Of a DNA stretch of 63,706 nucleotides, positions 20,195 through 30,742 are shown piece by piece (the first letter of the stretch is position 1; each line of letters begins with the position of its first letter). The stretch spans positions 1 to 63,706 of the forward strand of contig JALLOG010000002.1 of assembly GCA_027717645.1 (NCBI GenBank). The letters run 5' to 3'. Source of the DNA: Desulfobacterota bacterium AH_259_B03_O07. GTDB taxonomy: Bacteria; Desulfobacterota_D; UBA1144; Nemesobacterales; CSP1-2. Made by a program: the position numbers and the translations under genes. Below the pieces are notes generated by a model. It made no database searches, was not told where the DNA came from, and was given only the letters and a program-made list of their open reading frames with translations.

Positions 20195-21470
20195 AGCTTG
20201 AACATGCAGGCGAAAATAGTACTGTGTCCCCTCTTGTCATTTTTGCCCTGGCCTTCTCTAAAGCATTCTCAAGTGAACTAGCCAGAGCAGTTTCAACTTC
20301 ACTGCCCAAGTCTTTTTGAATTCTAAACCTCGATTCCCCAAAAAGGATCAGGTACTTTACCTTTTTCTCAACCTTATCTTTTAAAATTTCGAAGCTTAAA
20401 CCCTTGTCTTTGCCACCTGAAATAAGAATTATTGGATTCGAAAAACTTTCCAGTGCTCCGAGTGTCGCACTAGGGCTTGTTGACTTTGAATCGTTATAAA
20501 TTCGAGCTCCACTAATATCGCGAACGAATTCAATTCTATGTGGAAGAGGAGTAAATTCTGTAATCTCTCTTTCTATCAATTCGGGTGGGCAACCAAAAAT
20601 TCTGGTCGCAACCACTACAGCCATGGAATTTTCTATGTTATGAGTTCCCATGAGTTTCATAGTTGTTAAGTCGTATGTACTATTTTCAAATCTGACAAAC
20701 TTTCCATCATAATAAACACCATTTTCCTTCGGTTCTTTTCCAAACGAAACTTTTCTTGATTTAATTCTTGATAAAAAGCTCTTTATTACGCTATCATCTG
20801 CATTGTAAACAGCCCAATCCTGAGTAGTCTGGTTAGAAAATAGTTTCATCTTTGACTCGACATATTCTTCGAAATTTTCGTGGTGGTCCAAATGGTTAGG
20901 CGATACATTAAGAATAATTCCGACACATGGCTTAAATGTTTTAATACCCTGAATTTGAAAACTACTCAGCTCGAGAACGAGAACGTCAAACTCGCTATCT
21001 TTATCGGCAATCTGAATAAGAGGTGTTCCTATATTTCCACCTAGAAAAACCTTTTTTCCTGCACCTTGCAAAATTCGTGCAATTAGATTACATGTGGTAG
21101 TTTTTCCGTTTGAGCCGGTAACTGCTATAATAGGTTTTGTTGTAAATTTATATGCTAGCTCTATCTCACTTATTACTTCAACGCCATTGCCATTAGCCTC
21201 TTTTACTTGAGCCAAGTTAAAAGACACACCTGGACTCAAAACAATCAAATCAGAAGAAAGAAAGGTTTCTGACCTATGCATACCTGTTTCTATGTACACA
21301 CCTTGTTTTTCAAACTCATCAATTTCCCTTGTTAGATTTTCACGCACGTTAATATCGCTTATCCTCACCTCTGCACCCTTCGCAATCAAGAACCTAACAG
21401 TTTCCTGTCCCGTTTTCCCAAGACCAACAACAAGCACTTTTCTTTTATTTAATTCCATCTTTAATAACAC
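20124..21470 (-). CDS. murD: UDP-N-acetylmuramoylalanine--D-glutamate ligase
   Basis: VVGLGKTGQETVRFL and TGSNGKTTT. Confidence 0.95.
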   Translation of the reverse strand: MLLKMELNKRKVLVVGLGKTGQETVRFLIAKGAEVRISDINVRENLTREIDEFEKQGVYIETGMHRSETFLSSDLIVLSPGVSFNLAQVKEANGNGVEVISEIELAYKFTTKPIIAVTGSNGKTTTCNLIARILQGAGKKVFLGGNIGTPLIQIADKDSEFDVLVLELSSFQIQGIKTFKPCVGIILNVSPNHLDHHENFEEYVESKMKLFSNQTTQDWAVYNADDSVIKSFLSRIKSRKVSFGKEPKENGVYYDGKFVRFENSTYDLTTMKLMGTHNIENSMAVVVATRIFGCPPELIEREITEFTPLPHRIEFVRDISGARIYNDSKSTSPSATLGALESFSNPIILISGGKDKGLSFEILKDKVEKKVKYLILFGESRFRIQKDLGSEVETALASSLENALEKARAKMTRGDTVLFSPACSSFDMYISYEERGRTFKDIVQKLPS

Positions 21471-21498
21471 ACTCTAGATATCAATCTGTTAATAAAAA

Positions 21499-22608
21499 CT
21501 ACCTAAGTTTCAATGTAGAAAGTGCCAGAAGAGCAAGGACAAGAGATATTATCCAGAATCTAATTACAACCTTTGATTCGGACCAGCCACTAAGCTCAAA
21601 ATGGTGATGTAGAGGCGCCATTCGAAAAATCCTATTTCCAGTCATTTTGAAAGATACTACTTGAATAATTACAGACAATGCCTCCATAACAAATATGCCA
21701 CCCACCAGTACAAGTAGAATTTCCTGTTTGATAATCAATGCAACTGAACCAATTGCAGCTCCCAAAGATAGTGAACCCACATCACCCATGAAAACCTGAG
21801 CTGGATGAGAATTGTACCAAAGGAACCCGAGACAAGCGCCACCAACAGATGCGAGGAATACGGCTAATTCACCTCCACCGGGTATATATGGAATTTGAAG
21901 ATACCTAGCAAAAACAAAATTTCCCGAAAGATATGCAAAAATAATATACGTTGCAGTAGCTATAGAAATAGAACCTATGGCTAATCCATCAAGTCCATCA
22001 GTTAAGTTGACAGCGTTTGAGGAACCTACAACGACTAAAATTGCAAATGGTATATAGAACCAACCCAGATTGATTACAATCTGCTTAAAGAAAGGTATTA
22101 TTACCGAAGTATATGAATAAAAAGCAACTTCATCAACCCTGAGTGACATCGTAAATCCGCTATATTCACTCAGTAGGAGCAATATGAAGAAAGTACCCAA
22201 AAAAATCTGTAGCAGGAATTTTACCTTTGCACTCATTCCCTTACCTTTGGCAATTTTTAGTCTATCATCTATTAATCCAATGAGCCCATAGCTAAATGTG
22301 AAAAGAAGGGCAACCCAGACCGACTCATTAAGAGGATTTACCCATAAAAAAGATGAGATTGCGATAGCTATGACTATAAATGCCCCTCCCATTGTTGGGG
22401 TTCCAGATTTTACTGTGTGTCCAGGAGGACCGTCGGTGCGTATACTCTCTTTAAACTGATTTCTTGCTAGGTAATTTATAAAGGATTTACCTAAAATTAT
22501 ACTTATTAAAAAAGCAGTAACACCTGCACCAAATGAACGGAAGGTGATGTATCTGAAAACATTAAAAATAATAAAGTCGTCTTTCAACAAATATAGAAGA
22601 TAAAACAT
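21499..22608 (-). CDS. mraY: phospho-N-acetylmuramoyl-pentapeptide transferase
   Basis: NAVNLTDGLDGLA motif. Polytopic membrane protein. Confidence 0.96.
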   Translation of the reverse strand: MFYLLYLLKDDFIIFNVFRYITFRSFGAGVTAFLISIILGKSFINYLARNQFKESIRTDGPPGHTVKSGTPTMGGAFIVIAIAISSFLWVNPLNESVWVALLFTFSYGLIGLIDDRLKIAKGKGMSAKVKFLLQIFLGTFFILLLLSEYSGFTMSLRVDEVAFYSYTSVIIPFFKQIVINLGWFYIPFAILVVVGSSNAVNLTDGLDGLAIGSISIATATYIIFAYLSGNFVFARYLQIPYIPGGGELAVFLASVGGACLGFLWYNSHPAQVFMGDVGSLSLGAAIGSVALIIKQEILLVLVGGIFVMEALSVIIQVVSFKMTGNRIFRMAPLHHHFELSGWSESKVVIRFWIISLVLALLALSTLKLR

Positions 22609-22614
22609 TTACTC

Positions 22615-23985
22615 TTATCCCTCATAAACTCTCTGAACAACATTTTCCATCTTCATTCCTCTCGAACCCTTGATTAGAACAAGGTCTTCCTTTCTTGCAA
22701 AATTTATAATGGCCTGGGCCGCCTCTTCATAGTTTTCAGTATAAATACCCTTTCCATTATCTTTTATACCCTCTAAAACGCTCCTTCCGAATTTCCCGTA
22801 ACTTATAACGTAATCAACCTTCAATTGTGAGAGAAACTCACCCAGGCCCTTGTGTTCTTGCTCACTCCTACTGCCAAGCTCTAACATATCACCTATTACT
22901 GCTATTGCTCTTCCGCTACCTTTCAATCTCATAAGTTCTTCTATTGCCCTTCTCACAGAATCTGGATTCGAGTTGTATGAATCGTTTAATATTTTAAATC
23001 CGTAAGGAGTATCCAAAACCTCTAACCTCATATAAACAGGAACAAATCTTTCTAGCCCAGCCTGAATTTCATCTGAGTCACACCCAAATGAAAAAGCTAC
23101 TCCAGCTGCACAGAGTGCGTTCATAACATTATGAATACCAACACCTCTTATTCTTATCGGAATCTCTCTTTCACCCATAATCAAGTTGAATCTAACAGCA
23201 GAGAAACCAACAGGACTGATATCCTTCGCAGTAATCAGTAATCCGGCCGAATTCAAACCATAAGGAATCTTCTTACATCTTAAACCTTTTGCTATGTCTT
23301 GAATAAAAGGATCATCCATATTAACAACAAATGTGTTTTTTTTACTAAACCTCTCAACAAGCTCACCCTTTGCCATTGCAACTCCCTCAATGCCTCCAAG
23401 TTTTTCAAGGTGAGCCTTTCCAATATTTGTTATAGCTCCTATATCTGGATTAGCTATTTCAACCAGTCTTCTTATCTCGCCAAATTCATTCATTCCAAAC
23501 TCCACCACAGCCGCATTGTGGTTTTTGTTAAGCTTTAATAGCGTTAGTGGAAGACCGATTAAATTGTTAAAATTTCCAGAGTTCTTTAACACGGAGAACC
23601 TAATGGATAATATGCTCGAGGTCATCTCCTTTGTTGTAGTCTTACCGTTGGATCCTGTTATGGCTGCGAGTTTTAAATCTGGAAATTCATTTTTCCAAGC
23701 TCGAGCGAGGTCTCCCAATGCCTTAAGTGTAGATGGAACTTGTATAATAACCTTTCCATTTCTCGTAAACGAATTAGCTTCTTCAATTACTGCTCCCTTG
23801 GCACCTTTAACCAAAGCCTCAGAAACAAAATCATGTCCGTCAAACCTACTTCCCCTTAGAGCAAAAAATAGTTCCCCCCCCTTTACTTTTTTTGAATCGG
23901 TAGAAACGCCTGAAAAACAAACGTGCTCAGAATTGGAAAGAGGATTTCCATTCGTTGAACTAAGAACAAAGCCGAGCTTTAACAT
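22615..23985 (-). CDS. murF: UDP-N-acetylmuramoyl-tripeptide--D-alanyl-D-alanine ligase
   Basis: Mur ligase P-loop TGSNGKTTTKEM, in the dcw position. Confidence 0.94.
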   Translation of the reverse strand: MLKLGFVLSSTNGNPLSNSEHVCFSGVSTDSKKVKGGELFFALRGSRFDGHDFVSEALVKGAKGAVIEEANSFTRNGKVIIQVPSTLKALGDLARAWKNEFPDLKLAAITGSNGKTTTKEMTSSILSIRFSVLKNSGNFNNLIGLPLTLLKLNKNHNAAVVEFGMNEFGEIRRLVEIANPDIGAITNIGKAHLEKLGGIEGVAMAKGELVERFSKKNTFVVNMDDPFIQDIAKGLRCKKIPYGLNSAGLLITAKDISPVGFSAVRFNLIMGEREIPIRIRGVGIHNVMNALCAAGVAFSFGCDSDEIQAGLERFVPVYMRLEVLDTPYGFKILNDSYNSNPDSVRRAIEELMRLKGSGRAIAVIGDMLELGSRSEQEHKGLGEFLSQLKVDYVISYGKFGRSVLEGIKDNGKGIYTENYEEAAQAIINFARKEDLVLIKGSRGMKMENVVQRVYEG

Positions 23986-23996
23986 CTTACTATTAT

Positions 23997-25514
23997 CTAC
24001 CCCATCATTCCCTGAACTTTATTTCTAGCAATTTCTTTATCATCAAATGGTATTTTTTTTGTCCCAATAAGCTGGTAGTCTTCATGTCCTTTCCCTGCAA
24101 TCAGAACTAAATCACCCTTTCTAGCAATTTCAATAGCTTTTTCTATAGCACTCTGCCTATCGGATATTCTAAAATATCTATTTTCACCAAAGCCAGTTTC
24201 GTAAATGCCTTTCTCTATTTGATCAATTATCTTTTCAGGCGACTCGGTACGTGGATTATCAGATGTTACGATGAGAATATCCGAGAGTTGTCTTCCGATA
24301 CTTCCCATGATAGGTCTCTTCAAAGGATCTCTATCTCCCCCGCATCCAAAGACAAGTATAAGATCACCTTGAGTCATGCCCCTTGTTACTTCAAGCACAT
24401 TCCTTAGGGCATCAGGAGTGTGAGCATAATCAACCACAACCGTAATATCGAGGGGGTTTTGCACTTTTTCAAGTCTCCCTGGTATTGTTGAGATTCTTTG
24501 AATGCCCGTCTCAACAGAACTCTTTGAAACACCCAGTGAAAGCGCGGTAGCCGCTGCTGCTACTAAATTAGACATATTATGATGTCCGAAAAGATTTGAA
24601 TTGAGTTCAAGACTACCCCAAGGAGTTATTAATTGAGCCCTAATCCCGTGAGGTGAAAAATCAGCATTTTCTGCAAACACGGTTGCAGACCTATCCATTC
24701 TTGAGTAAGTAATTATTTCACCTGCGGATTCTTTCACGAGTTTTCTACCATATTGGTCGTCGATATTTATCACAGAATAGATTGGTTGCTTTTCACTGTG
24801 TCTGATAACTTCTGAAAACAATCTTTTTTTCGCTTGAAAGTAATTCTCCAATGACTCGTGATAATCCAGATGATCTTGAGAAAGATTAGTGAAGACAACT
24901 GCATCGAAATGGCACCCCAAGACCCTCTTTTTATCCAAGGCATGCGAAGAAACCTCCATTACAACATATTCAACACCAGTCGATCGCATGTCTCTTAACA
25001 ATGCCATCAAGTCTGTCGATTCCGGAGTAGTCATATCAGAGGTTATTTTTTTCCCCGGATATCTGTGTTCCACTGTCCCAAGCACACCGACGGTCTTCCC
25101 TTCTTTGCTGAAAATCGACTCCAAAATATAAGTGATGGTTGTCTTACCATTTGTGCCGGTTATGCCAATTAATCTAAGCTCCTTTGAAGGATGTTTATAA
25201 AAATTTGACGAAATTAGAGCAAGAGATGATCTACTATCTTCGACCTGAATTGTGGTCACGTTTTCGAAATTACAATCATCCAAATGTTCAACAAGAAGTG
25301 CTTTAGCCCCTCTGTCAACGGCTTTTCCTATAAATTTATGCCCATCAGCACTATCCCCTACTATCGCTGCGAAAAGAAACCCATCCCGCACTTGATTTGA
25401 ATCATGGGAAATGCCTACGATCTTTATATCTTCAGAGCCAAGCAATTTCTTAATTTTTAAGCCCTCGATTAGCTCCCTCAAATTCATATCGATTGCTTTA
25501 ACTCTATCATGCAA
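23997..25514 (-). CDS. murE: UDP-N-acetylmuramoyl-L-alanyl-D-glutamate--2,6-diaminopimelate ligase
   Basis: TGTNGKTTITYI and the DNPR motif (TSDNPRTE). The start is probably Met at 25487 (MNLRELIEG), overlapping the ftsI stop. Confidence 0.94.
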   Translation of the reverse strand: MHDRVKAIDMNLRELIEGLKIKKLLGSEDIKIVGISHDSNQVRDGFLFAAIVGDSADGHKFIGKAVDRGAKALLVEHLDDCNFENVTTIQVEDSRSSLALISSNFYKHPSKELRLIGITGTNGKTTITYILESIFSKEGKTVGVLGTVEHRYPGKKITSDMTTPESTDLMALLRDMRSTGVEYVVMEVSSHALDKKRVLGCHFDAVVFTNLSQDHLDYHESLENYFQAKKRLFSEVIRHSEKQPIYSVINIDDQYGRKLVKESAGEIITYSRMDRSATVFAENADFSPHGIRAQLITPWGSLELNSNLFGHHNMSNLVAAAATALSLGVSKSSVETGIQRISTIPGRLEKVQNPLDITVVVDYAHTPDALRNVLEVTRGMTQGDLILVFGCGGDRDPLKRPIMGSIGRQLSDILIVTSDNPRTESPEKIIDQIEKGIYETGFGENRYFRISDRQSAIEKAIEIARKGDLVLIAGKGHEDYQLIGTKKIPFDDKEIARNKVQGMMG

Positions 25515-27397
25515 ACCATGCCTTCTTTAATGCTTTCACCCGGCTTAGGTACATGAGAGTCTGCAAATCCGCTTCCTTTTATACGAACCTCCACTCCCTC
25601 ACTCTCTGACCATCTAAGAATTTCTCTAGCACTCATCCCGCGAAGATCTGGCATCACCTTTGTTCCAACAAACTCTTTTATGGGAGGAATACCAAGATAT
25701 AAAAGAACCTTTTCCATAATTCCTTTAAATATTGGTGCGGCCACTGTTCCTCCATAAAAACCATTTTTCGGGTTTTCTACAGCTACTACAAGCGTAACTT
25801 TTGGATCATCTGCTGGAGCAAATCCTATAAATGATGAAATAAAACGGTTCTTATAATAACCCCCTGTAACTGGATTTGGAACCTGGGCTGTTCCTGTCTT
25901 TCCGGCTACTCTATATCCAGATATCGCAGCCCTTTTACCGGTACCAGATTCTACAACTCTTTCCATCATCGCACTAATGTCTTCGGCAGTGTCAAATGAT
26001 AATACCTTACGGGTCAATTCTGGTTTAATTTCCTTAATAATATATCCATCGGCGCTATAAATTTCTTTAACAATATAAGGTTCCATCAAAAATCCACGAT
26101 TTGCAACAGCAGATAGTGCCGATGCAATCTGAAGAGATGTCACTGCGATACCCTGACCAAAAGAAATAGTTGCTAATTCAACTGGTCCCCAATGCTCTGA
26201 TTTTGCCAATTTTGCATTAGATTCCCCAGGAAGATCAATCCCCGTCTTTTTTCCAAAGCCAAAATTACTAAGATGACCATAATACTTATCCCTTCCTAAT
26301 GTCTCACCTATCTTTGTAGCACAAATATTGCTGGACTTCTCTAAAATTTCAGACACAGTAAGTATACCGTAGGGATGAACATCTTTTATAATAGATGGAC
26401 CCACTCTTCTCCACCCGTTTTCACAATCAAATTTTGTAGCTGGATTTACTTTTCTCTCCTCCAAAGCAGCCGCTAAGAGAAAAACCTTCATAGTAGATCC
26501 AGGCTCAAACGAATACCAAATAGGGAGATTCCTCCTCTTTTTAGCCGGAAAATCCCTATAATTGTTGGGATCAAAAAACGGATATGAAGCCATCGCCATT
26601 ATTTCACCTGTTTCCGAATTCATAATTAATGCCATTCCTTTATCCGCTTTTGTCCTTTCTACACCCTCTTTGAGTTCCTCTTCAACCATAACTTGAATAT
26701 GAGAATCTAAGGTAAGGACAAGGTCATAACCAGATAAAATCGGCTCTATATAATAATTGGTACTCATAATTTTCCTTCCGCGAGCATCTTTCTTTACGCT
26801 TATTTTCCCAGGTCTTCCAGCAAGGAAGTCTTCGAACTTGAATTCAATTCCCTCTATCCCTTTTGAATCAATGTTGGTAAATCCAAGAACCTGACCCGCT
26901 AGATGCCCATTTGGATAGACCCTCATAGGCTCTTCAATAAAACCCACTCCTTTAATATTTTCACTTTTAAGCTTAGAGACTAAATCACGCTTGAGATGTC
27001 TTTTTATCCAAACAAATGATTTTTTTGAGTTTAGTATTCCCAAAATCTTTTTTGGTGAAAGATTAAGGTGTTTAGAAATCTTCTTTGAAAACTCCTTGGA
27101 ATCTTTTACGAGCTTAGGATTTACATAGATCGACTGAGTATCCACATGTATGGCTAGTTCTTTCTTATTAATATCGTAAATTTTCCCGCGATGCGGAAGA
27201 ATGGTATAATGTATCTGGTGTTGTCTTTTCCCGAGGTCAACTGCCCGTTCCCTATTTAACACTTGGAGTTTGAATGCTTTAATTGAAACTACAGCAAAAA
27301 AACCAAGGATACATGCTCCTATTAAACAGATTTTCCATCCTTTATTGCTTAAATCTACAGCAAGAGATATTCTTTTTGAGTTTGTCCTTTTTCTCAT
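25484..27397 (-). CDS. ftsI: peptidoglycan D,D-transpeptidase FtsI (PBP3)
   Basis: N-terminal TM helix. Transpeptidase motifs STMK, SSN and KTG (GKTGTA). Confidence 0.95.
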   Translation of the reverse strand: MRKRTNSKRISLAVDLSNKGWKICLIGACILGFFAVVSIKAFKLQVLNRERAVDLGKRQHQIHYTILPHRGKIYDINKKELAIHVDTQSIYVNPKLVKDSKEFSKKISKHLNLSPKKILGILNSKKSFVWIKRHLKRDLVSKLKSENIKGVGFIEEPMRVYPNGHLAGQVLGFTNIDSKGIEGIEFKFEDFLAGRPGKISVKKDARGRKIMSTNYYIEPILSGYDLVLTLDSHIQVMVEEELKEGVERTKADKGMALIMNSETGEIMAMASYPFFDPNNYRDFPAKKRRNLPIWYSFEPGSTMKVFLLAAALEERKVNPATKFDCENGWRRVGPSIIKDVHPYGILTVSEILEKSSNICATKIGETLGRDKYYGHLSNFGFGKKTGIDLPGESNAKLAKSEHWGPVELATISFGQGIAVTSLQIASALSAVANRGFLMEPYIVKEIYSADGYIIKEIKPELTRKVLSFDTAEDISAMMERVVESGTGKRAAISGYRVAGKTGTAQVPNPVTGGYYKNRFISSFIGFAPADDPKVTLVVAVENPKNGFYGGTVAAPIFKGIMEKVLLYLGIPPIKEFVGTKVMPDLRGMSAREILRWSESEGVEVRIKGSGFADSHVPKPGESIKEGMVCMIELKQSI

Positions 27398-27723
27398 CTG
27401 TTTTCTCCAACTACTGTAGTTCGTTCGATGTATATAACGTCTTCTTGGGTAGGAAATTTAAATCCTAGCTCTCGTGCTTCATTTTCGATTCTTTTAGGTG
27501 CTTTTAATTTCATTATTTCTGCCTGAAGATAAAGTTTTTCACTCAATTCTTCTTCTTCGATTTTTTTATTAACACAAATTACATATCCTATTTTTGTTTC
27601 CTCAAACCTGATTCGTACAAAACCAAGAGCTAGTCCAATGACGATGAGAACAAGTACTATGAACCTAGTAGAAAAAATAACTTTCTCTAATTTTGATTTT
27701 CTTTTTTTTCTTGCATACTCCAT
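27394..27723 (-). CDS. ftsL: cell division protein FtsL
   Basis: 109-aa bitopic protein (TM helix plus coiled-coil-like tail) between rsmH and ftsI. Confidence 0.8.
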   Translation of the reverse strand: MEYARKKRKSKLEKVIFSTRFIVLVLIVIGLALGFVRIRFEETKIGYVICVNKKIEEEELSEKLYLQAEIMKLKAPKRIENEARELGFKFPTQEDVIYIERTTVVGENR

Positions 27724-27726
27724 GTC

Positions 27727-28686
27727 TTAAATACCCTCTCCCACTCTCATTTTTGCACTTCTTGCTCTTGAATTATTGATCAATTCCTCAGTCGTTGGTG
27801 TAAGCGGAGAAGTTGTAAGAATTTTAAGACTGGCTTTTTTATTACAAACACATTTAGGTATTCGAGGAGGACAGACACAAGATGATGACAGCCTTTTAAA
27901 TGTATTTTTTACAATTCTGTCTTCGAGTGAATGAAAAGAAATTACAGCAATTCTAGCTCCGGGCTTCAGGACGCTCGATGCTTCTTCCAGGAAGATATTT
28001 AAGTTCTCTAGTTCATTGTTCACAGATATTCTAAAAGCTTGAAATGTCTTTGTTGCAGGATGTATTTTTCTTGGATGAAACTTTTTAGGTATAGCATTCG
28101 ATACCGTATTTGCCAGCTCAAGCGACGAATTAATTGGTTTTTTTTGACGGGTTTTGATAATTTCCCTAGCTATCCTAGTTGCCCATTTTTCTTCACCATA
28201 ATTTTTTAAAACCTTTGAAATCTCTTCAAAATCCAATTCATTCACTAAATCAAAAGCAGTGAACCTTAGACCGGTATCGATCCTCATATCAAGAGGTTCG
28301 TCTCTTAAGAAACTTAACCCTCTGCCACCAGATTCAATTTGATAGGAAGATATACCTAAGTCTGCAACTATTCCATCTACCTCCCTTATGCTCAGATCAT
28401 CAAGAACCTTATCAAGCTGAATAAAGTTTTTATTTACAAAAACCACCTGGCTTTCAAATTTTGAAAGACGGTTTTTAGCAAAAGAGATTGATTCATCATC
28501 TACATCAAACGCAACGATTTTAGCCCTGAAATCAGAATGTTTAAGTATCTTCTCAGTATGACCACCCAGACCTAAAGTAGCATCTATATATATCCCATCT
28601 GCCCTTGGATCTAGAAAACTTAAAATCTCATGGGACATAACCGACTTATGACCGAAAAATTCATTTGACAATAGAGCGTTCTCCAT
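27727..28686 (-). CDS. rsmH: 16S rRNA (cytosine1402-N4)-methyltransferase
   Basis: GIYIDATLGLGGHTE SAM-binding motif. Second gene of the dcw cluster. Confidence 0.95.
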   Translation of the reverse strand: MENALLSNEFFGHKSVMSHEILSFLDPRADGIYIDATLGLGGHTEKILKHSDFRAKIVAFDVDDESISFAKNRLSKFESQVVFVNKNFIQLDKVLDDLSIREVDGIVADLGISSYQIESGGRGLSFLRDEPLDMRIDTGLRFTAFDLVNELDFEEISKVLKNYGEEKWATRIAREIIKTRQKKPINSSLELANTVSNAIPKKFHPRKIHPATKTFQAFRISVNNELENLNIFLEEASSVLKPGARIAVISFHSLEDRIVKNTFKRLSSSCVCPPRIPKCVCNKKASLKILTTSPLTPTTEELINNSRARSAKMRVGEGI

Positions 28687-28688
28687 TT

Positions 28689-29135
28689 TTATAACCCTTC
28701 TCCCGCTAGAATTTCCCTGCTCCTCTTAAAGTCCTCAAATGCCTTCTCGGATTCTTCCTCTTCCCATACCTCTTTAGCCCAGATTTCAAACCTACTGAGC
28801 ATACCTATAACTACGACATCACGATCTACACGAGCGTGGCTTCTAAGGGATTGAGGTATAAGAATTCTGCCCTGCCCATCAATGGGACAATCAATAGCAC
28901 TTCCCATCAAATACCTGAGAAATGAAATTACCTCTTGCCTAAACTGAGGAAGTTCCGAGACTTTTCTTTCAATTTCATTCCATTCCCTTATAGGGTAGGC
29001 AGCTAAACACTTATCAAAGGTAGTAATTATTAGTATTTCTTCTCGGTATTTTTCCCGCACAACTTCCCTGAATTTCGCAGGGACACTCATGCGACCTTTT
29101 TCGGTTACTATGTGGTCATACCTTCCACGAAACAT
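28689..29135 (-). CDS. mraZ: transcriptional regulator MraZ
   Basis: Two MraZ/SpoVT-AbrB-like repeats. First gene of the dcw cluster. Confidence 0.93.
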   Translation of the reverse strand: MFRGRYDHIVTEKGRMSVPAKFREVVREKYREEILIITTFDKCLAAYPIREWNEIERKVSELPQFRQEVISFLRYLMGSAIDCPIDGQGRILIPQSLRSHARVDRDVVVIGMLSRFEIWAKEVWEEEESEKAFEDFKRSREILAGEGL

Positions 29136-29149
29136 GATAAAACCCCTCT

Positions 29150-29194
29150 CCCACTTTATGCCTTAATATGCCATTTTATACCAATATTATGCCA
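29150..29194 (-). promoter_or_regulatory. putative MraZ operator: 10-bp-phased TGGSN-like repeats
   Basis: Plus-strand ATGCC/ATACC pentamers start at 29158, 29168, 29178 and 29188, an exact 10-nt period, plus CCCAC at 29150. On the coding strand they read GTGGC-TGGTA-TGGCA-AGGCA-GTGGG, between the -10 box and the mraZ RBS. Confidence 0.45.
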
Positions 29195-29222
29195 CTATAT
29201 AAAAAACTATCAACTTTGTCAA
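29194..29222 (-). promoter_or_regulatory. sigma70-type promoter of the dcw/mra operon
   Basis: The minus strand reads TTGACA (29222-29217), a 17-nt spacer, then TATAGT (29199-29194), about 60 nt upstream of the mraZ start. Confidence 0.6.
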
Positions 29223-29422
29223 GTAACTTCTTGAAATTTTTAAATATTTTTTAAAATCACCAATTTGTCAAAATAAGGCAATTACCTTTTTATGTTTGAT
29301 TACAGGAGGATATACAACTAATAAACATTCTCCTTTAATAATATATCATACCTCACTATAGATATTGATTTAATTTGGGAATTGGGTGATGCTTTTAGTG
29401 AACAACCCATTGCTAATTAGAA

Positions 29423-29680
29423 TTGACTTATCCAGATAAAACTACTATATTCTTGTCAGATCGAATGGCGACAATTTACATAAAACTAAAAAAACCCAGC
29501 AGCACCGTCTATTTTCAGTCCATTATAGGCACATACTCTCATATTGCTTGGACAAGGACTGAAAATCCTCGGGATGCAATCATAAAGATAATTGTTACCG
29601 ACGATACGATTACTGAGGCTAGAAATATATTGGAGGAATTAAAAAAGGAAATAGAGTTTGATGAGATCGAAATAAATTAA
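29423..29680 (+). CDS. hypothetical small protein
   Basis: Intact ORF. The likely start is an internal Met (MATIYIKL). No motif recognised with certainty. Confidence 0.4.
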   Translation: MTYPDKTTIFLSDRMATIYIKLKKPSSTVYFQSIIGTYSHIAWTRTENPRDAIIKIIVTDDTITEARNILEELKKEIEFDEIEIN

Positions 29681-30675
29681 TTTTGATATTTGTCCAAAAT
29701 TTGTACGTTTTCATTTTCATCGGCAATTAGTTGAATGAAACCCTCCAGGTTCGACTTAAGTCCCCTTGTCAATCCTTTATGACCTTTAGATTTCTGAAGA
29801 AACGTAAGTAAGTCTTTATCACGCTTCGATATAAATTCAAGCATCTCTTCTTGATCCTTCATCTTCTTATGCATAATCTCATTAATGCTCTCATACCATT
29901 CGATCAGTTGATTGTAGTATCTCTTTAATCTTAAAACTCCATTAGAAGCAACTCCAAAATGGGTAAATGCAATTTTGTTTGGCTTTAAGGAAATCATTGT
30001 CTCAATTGATTTCAGAGCGAGATTAAGCTTGAAAGGAGGGGTAGAAATAGGGAGTTGAACGTCAAGACTTGGAATGTATATTCCAGCAGCATCTCCTGAA
30101 AAAACTATCCTTTGTTGTTCACGAAATATACAAACATGATGACTTGCATGTCCCGGTGTTGGTATCATTTCAAAAGAGTCCTTCCCGACAGTAAATATCT
30201 CCTTTCTATCAAAACCTAAAATTCTCTCTTTAGCAACTGCTTCAGGCTTGCCAAATACATCCGCAACAAAACCCAACACCTGTTTTGATGCTCTCCACAG
30301 AGCGTCTTCAGGATCGATAAGATGGTTTAGTGCTCTACTATGAGCGACCACGTGGGCGTTTGGAAAACTTTTAATTAAATTCCCAACTGCTCCAGTATGA
30401 TCAAGATGAACATGGGTAGCAAATATATATTTAACATTGTCATAAGGTAGACCTATCTCATCTAAGGCACTTAGTACTTTATGAAAAGTCGAAGCCGGCC
30501 CAACATCGATCAAAGCAATTTCGTTACCAGAACTTATGATATATGAACCAGTATATTCTTTTTCGTCATCTACCCCAAGGTCTATAAACCAAATCCCAGG
30601 TATCTCTTCTTTCAATAAATATCGCAATGCGACGAAACTCCTATTATTTATCTTTTGAGCCCTAGATGTTAACAC
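29677..30675 (-). CDS. MBL-fold metallo-hydrolase
   Basis: HVHLDHTG metallo-beta-lactamase His motif and downstream His/Asp ligands (PGHASHH). Confidence 0.85.
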   Translation of the reverse strand: MLTSRAQKINNRSFVALRYLLKEEIPGIWFIDLGVDDEKEYTGSYIISSGNEIALIDVGPASTFHKVLSALDEIGLPYDNVKYIFATHVHLDHTGAVGNLIKSFPNAHVVAHSRALNHLIDPEDALWRASKQVLGFVADVFGKPEAVAKERILGFDRKEIFTVGKDSFEMIPTPGHASHHVCIFREQQRIVFSGDAAGIYIPSLDVQLPISTPPFKLNLALKSIETMISLKPNKIAFTHFGVASNGVLRLKRYYNQLIEWYESINEIMHKKMKDQEEMLEFISKRDKDLLTFLQKSKGHKGLTRGLKSNLEGFIQLIADENENVQILDKYQN

Positions 30676-30742
30676 AGGATATGATTAAATAAACAATATC
30701 ACTTGATTGTTTTTACTCTTCCAATATAAACTACACCCCTTG

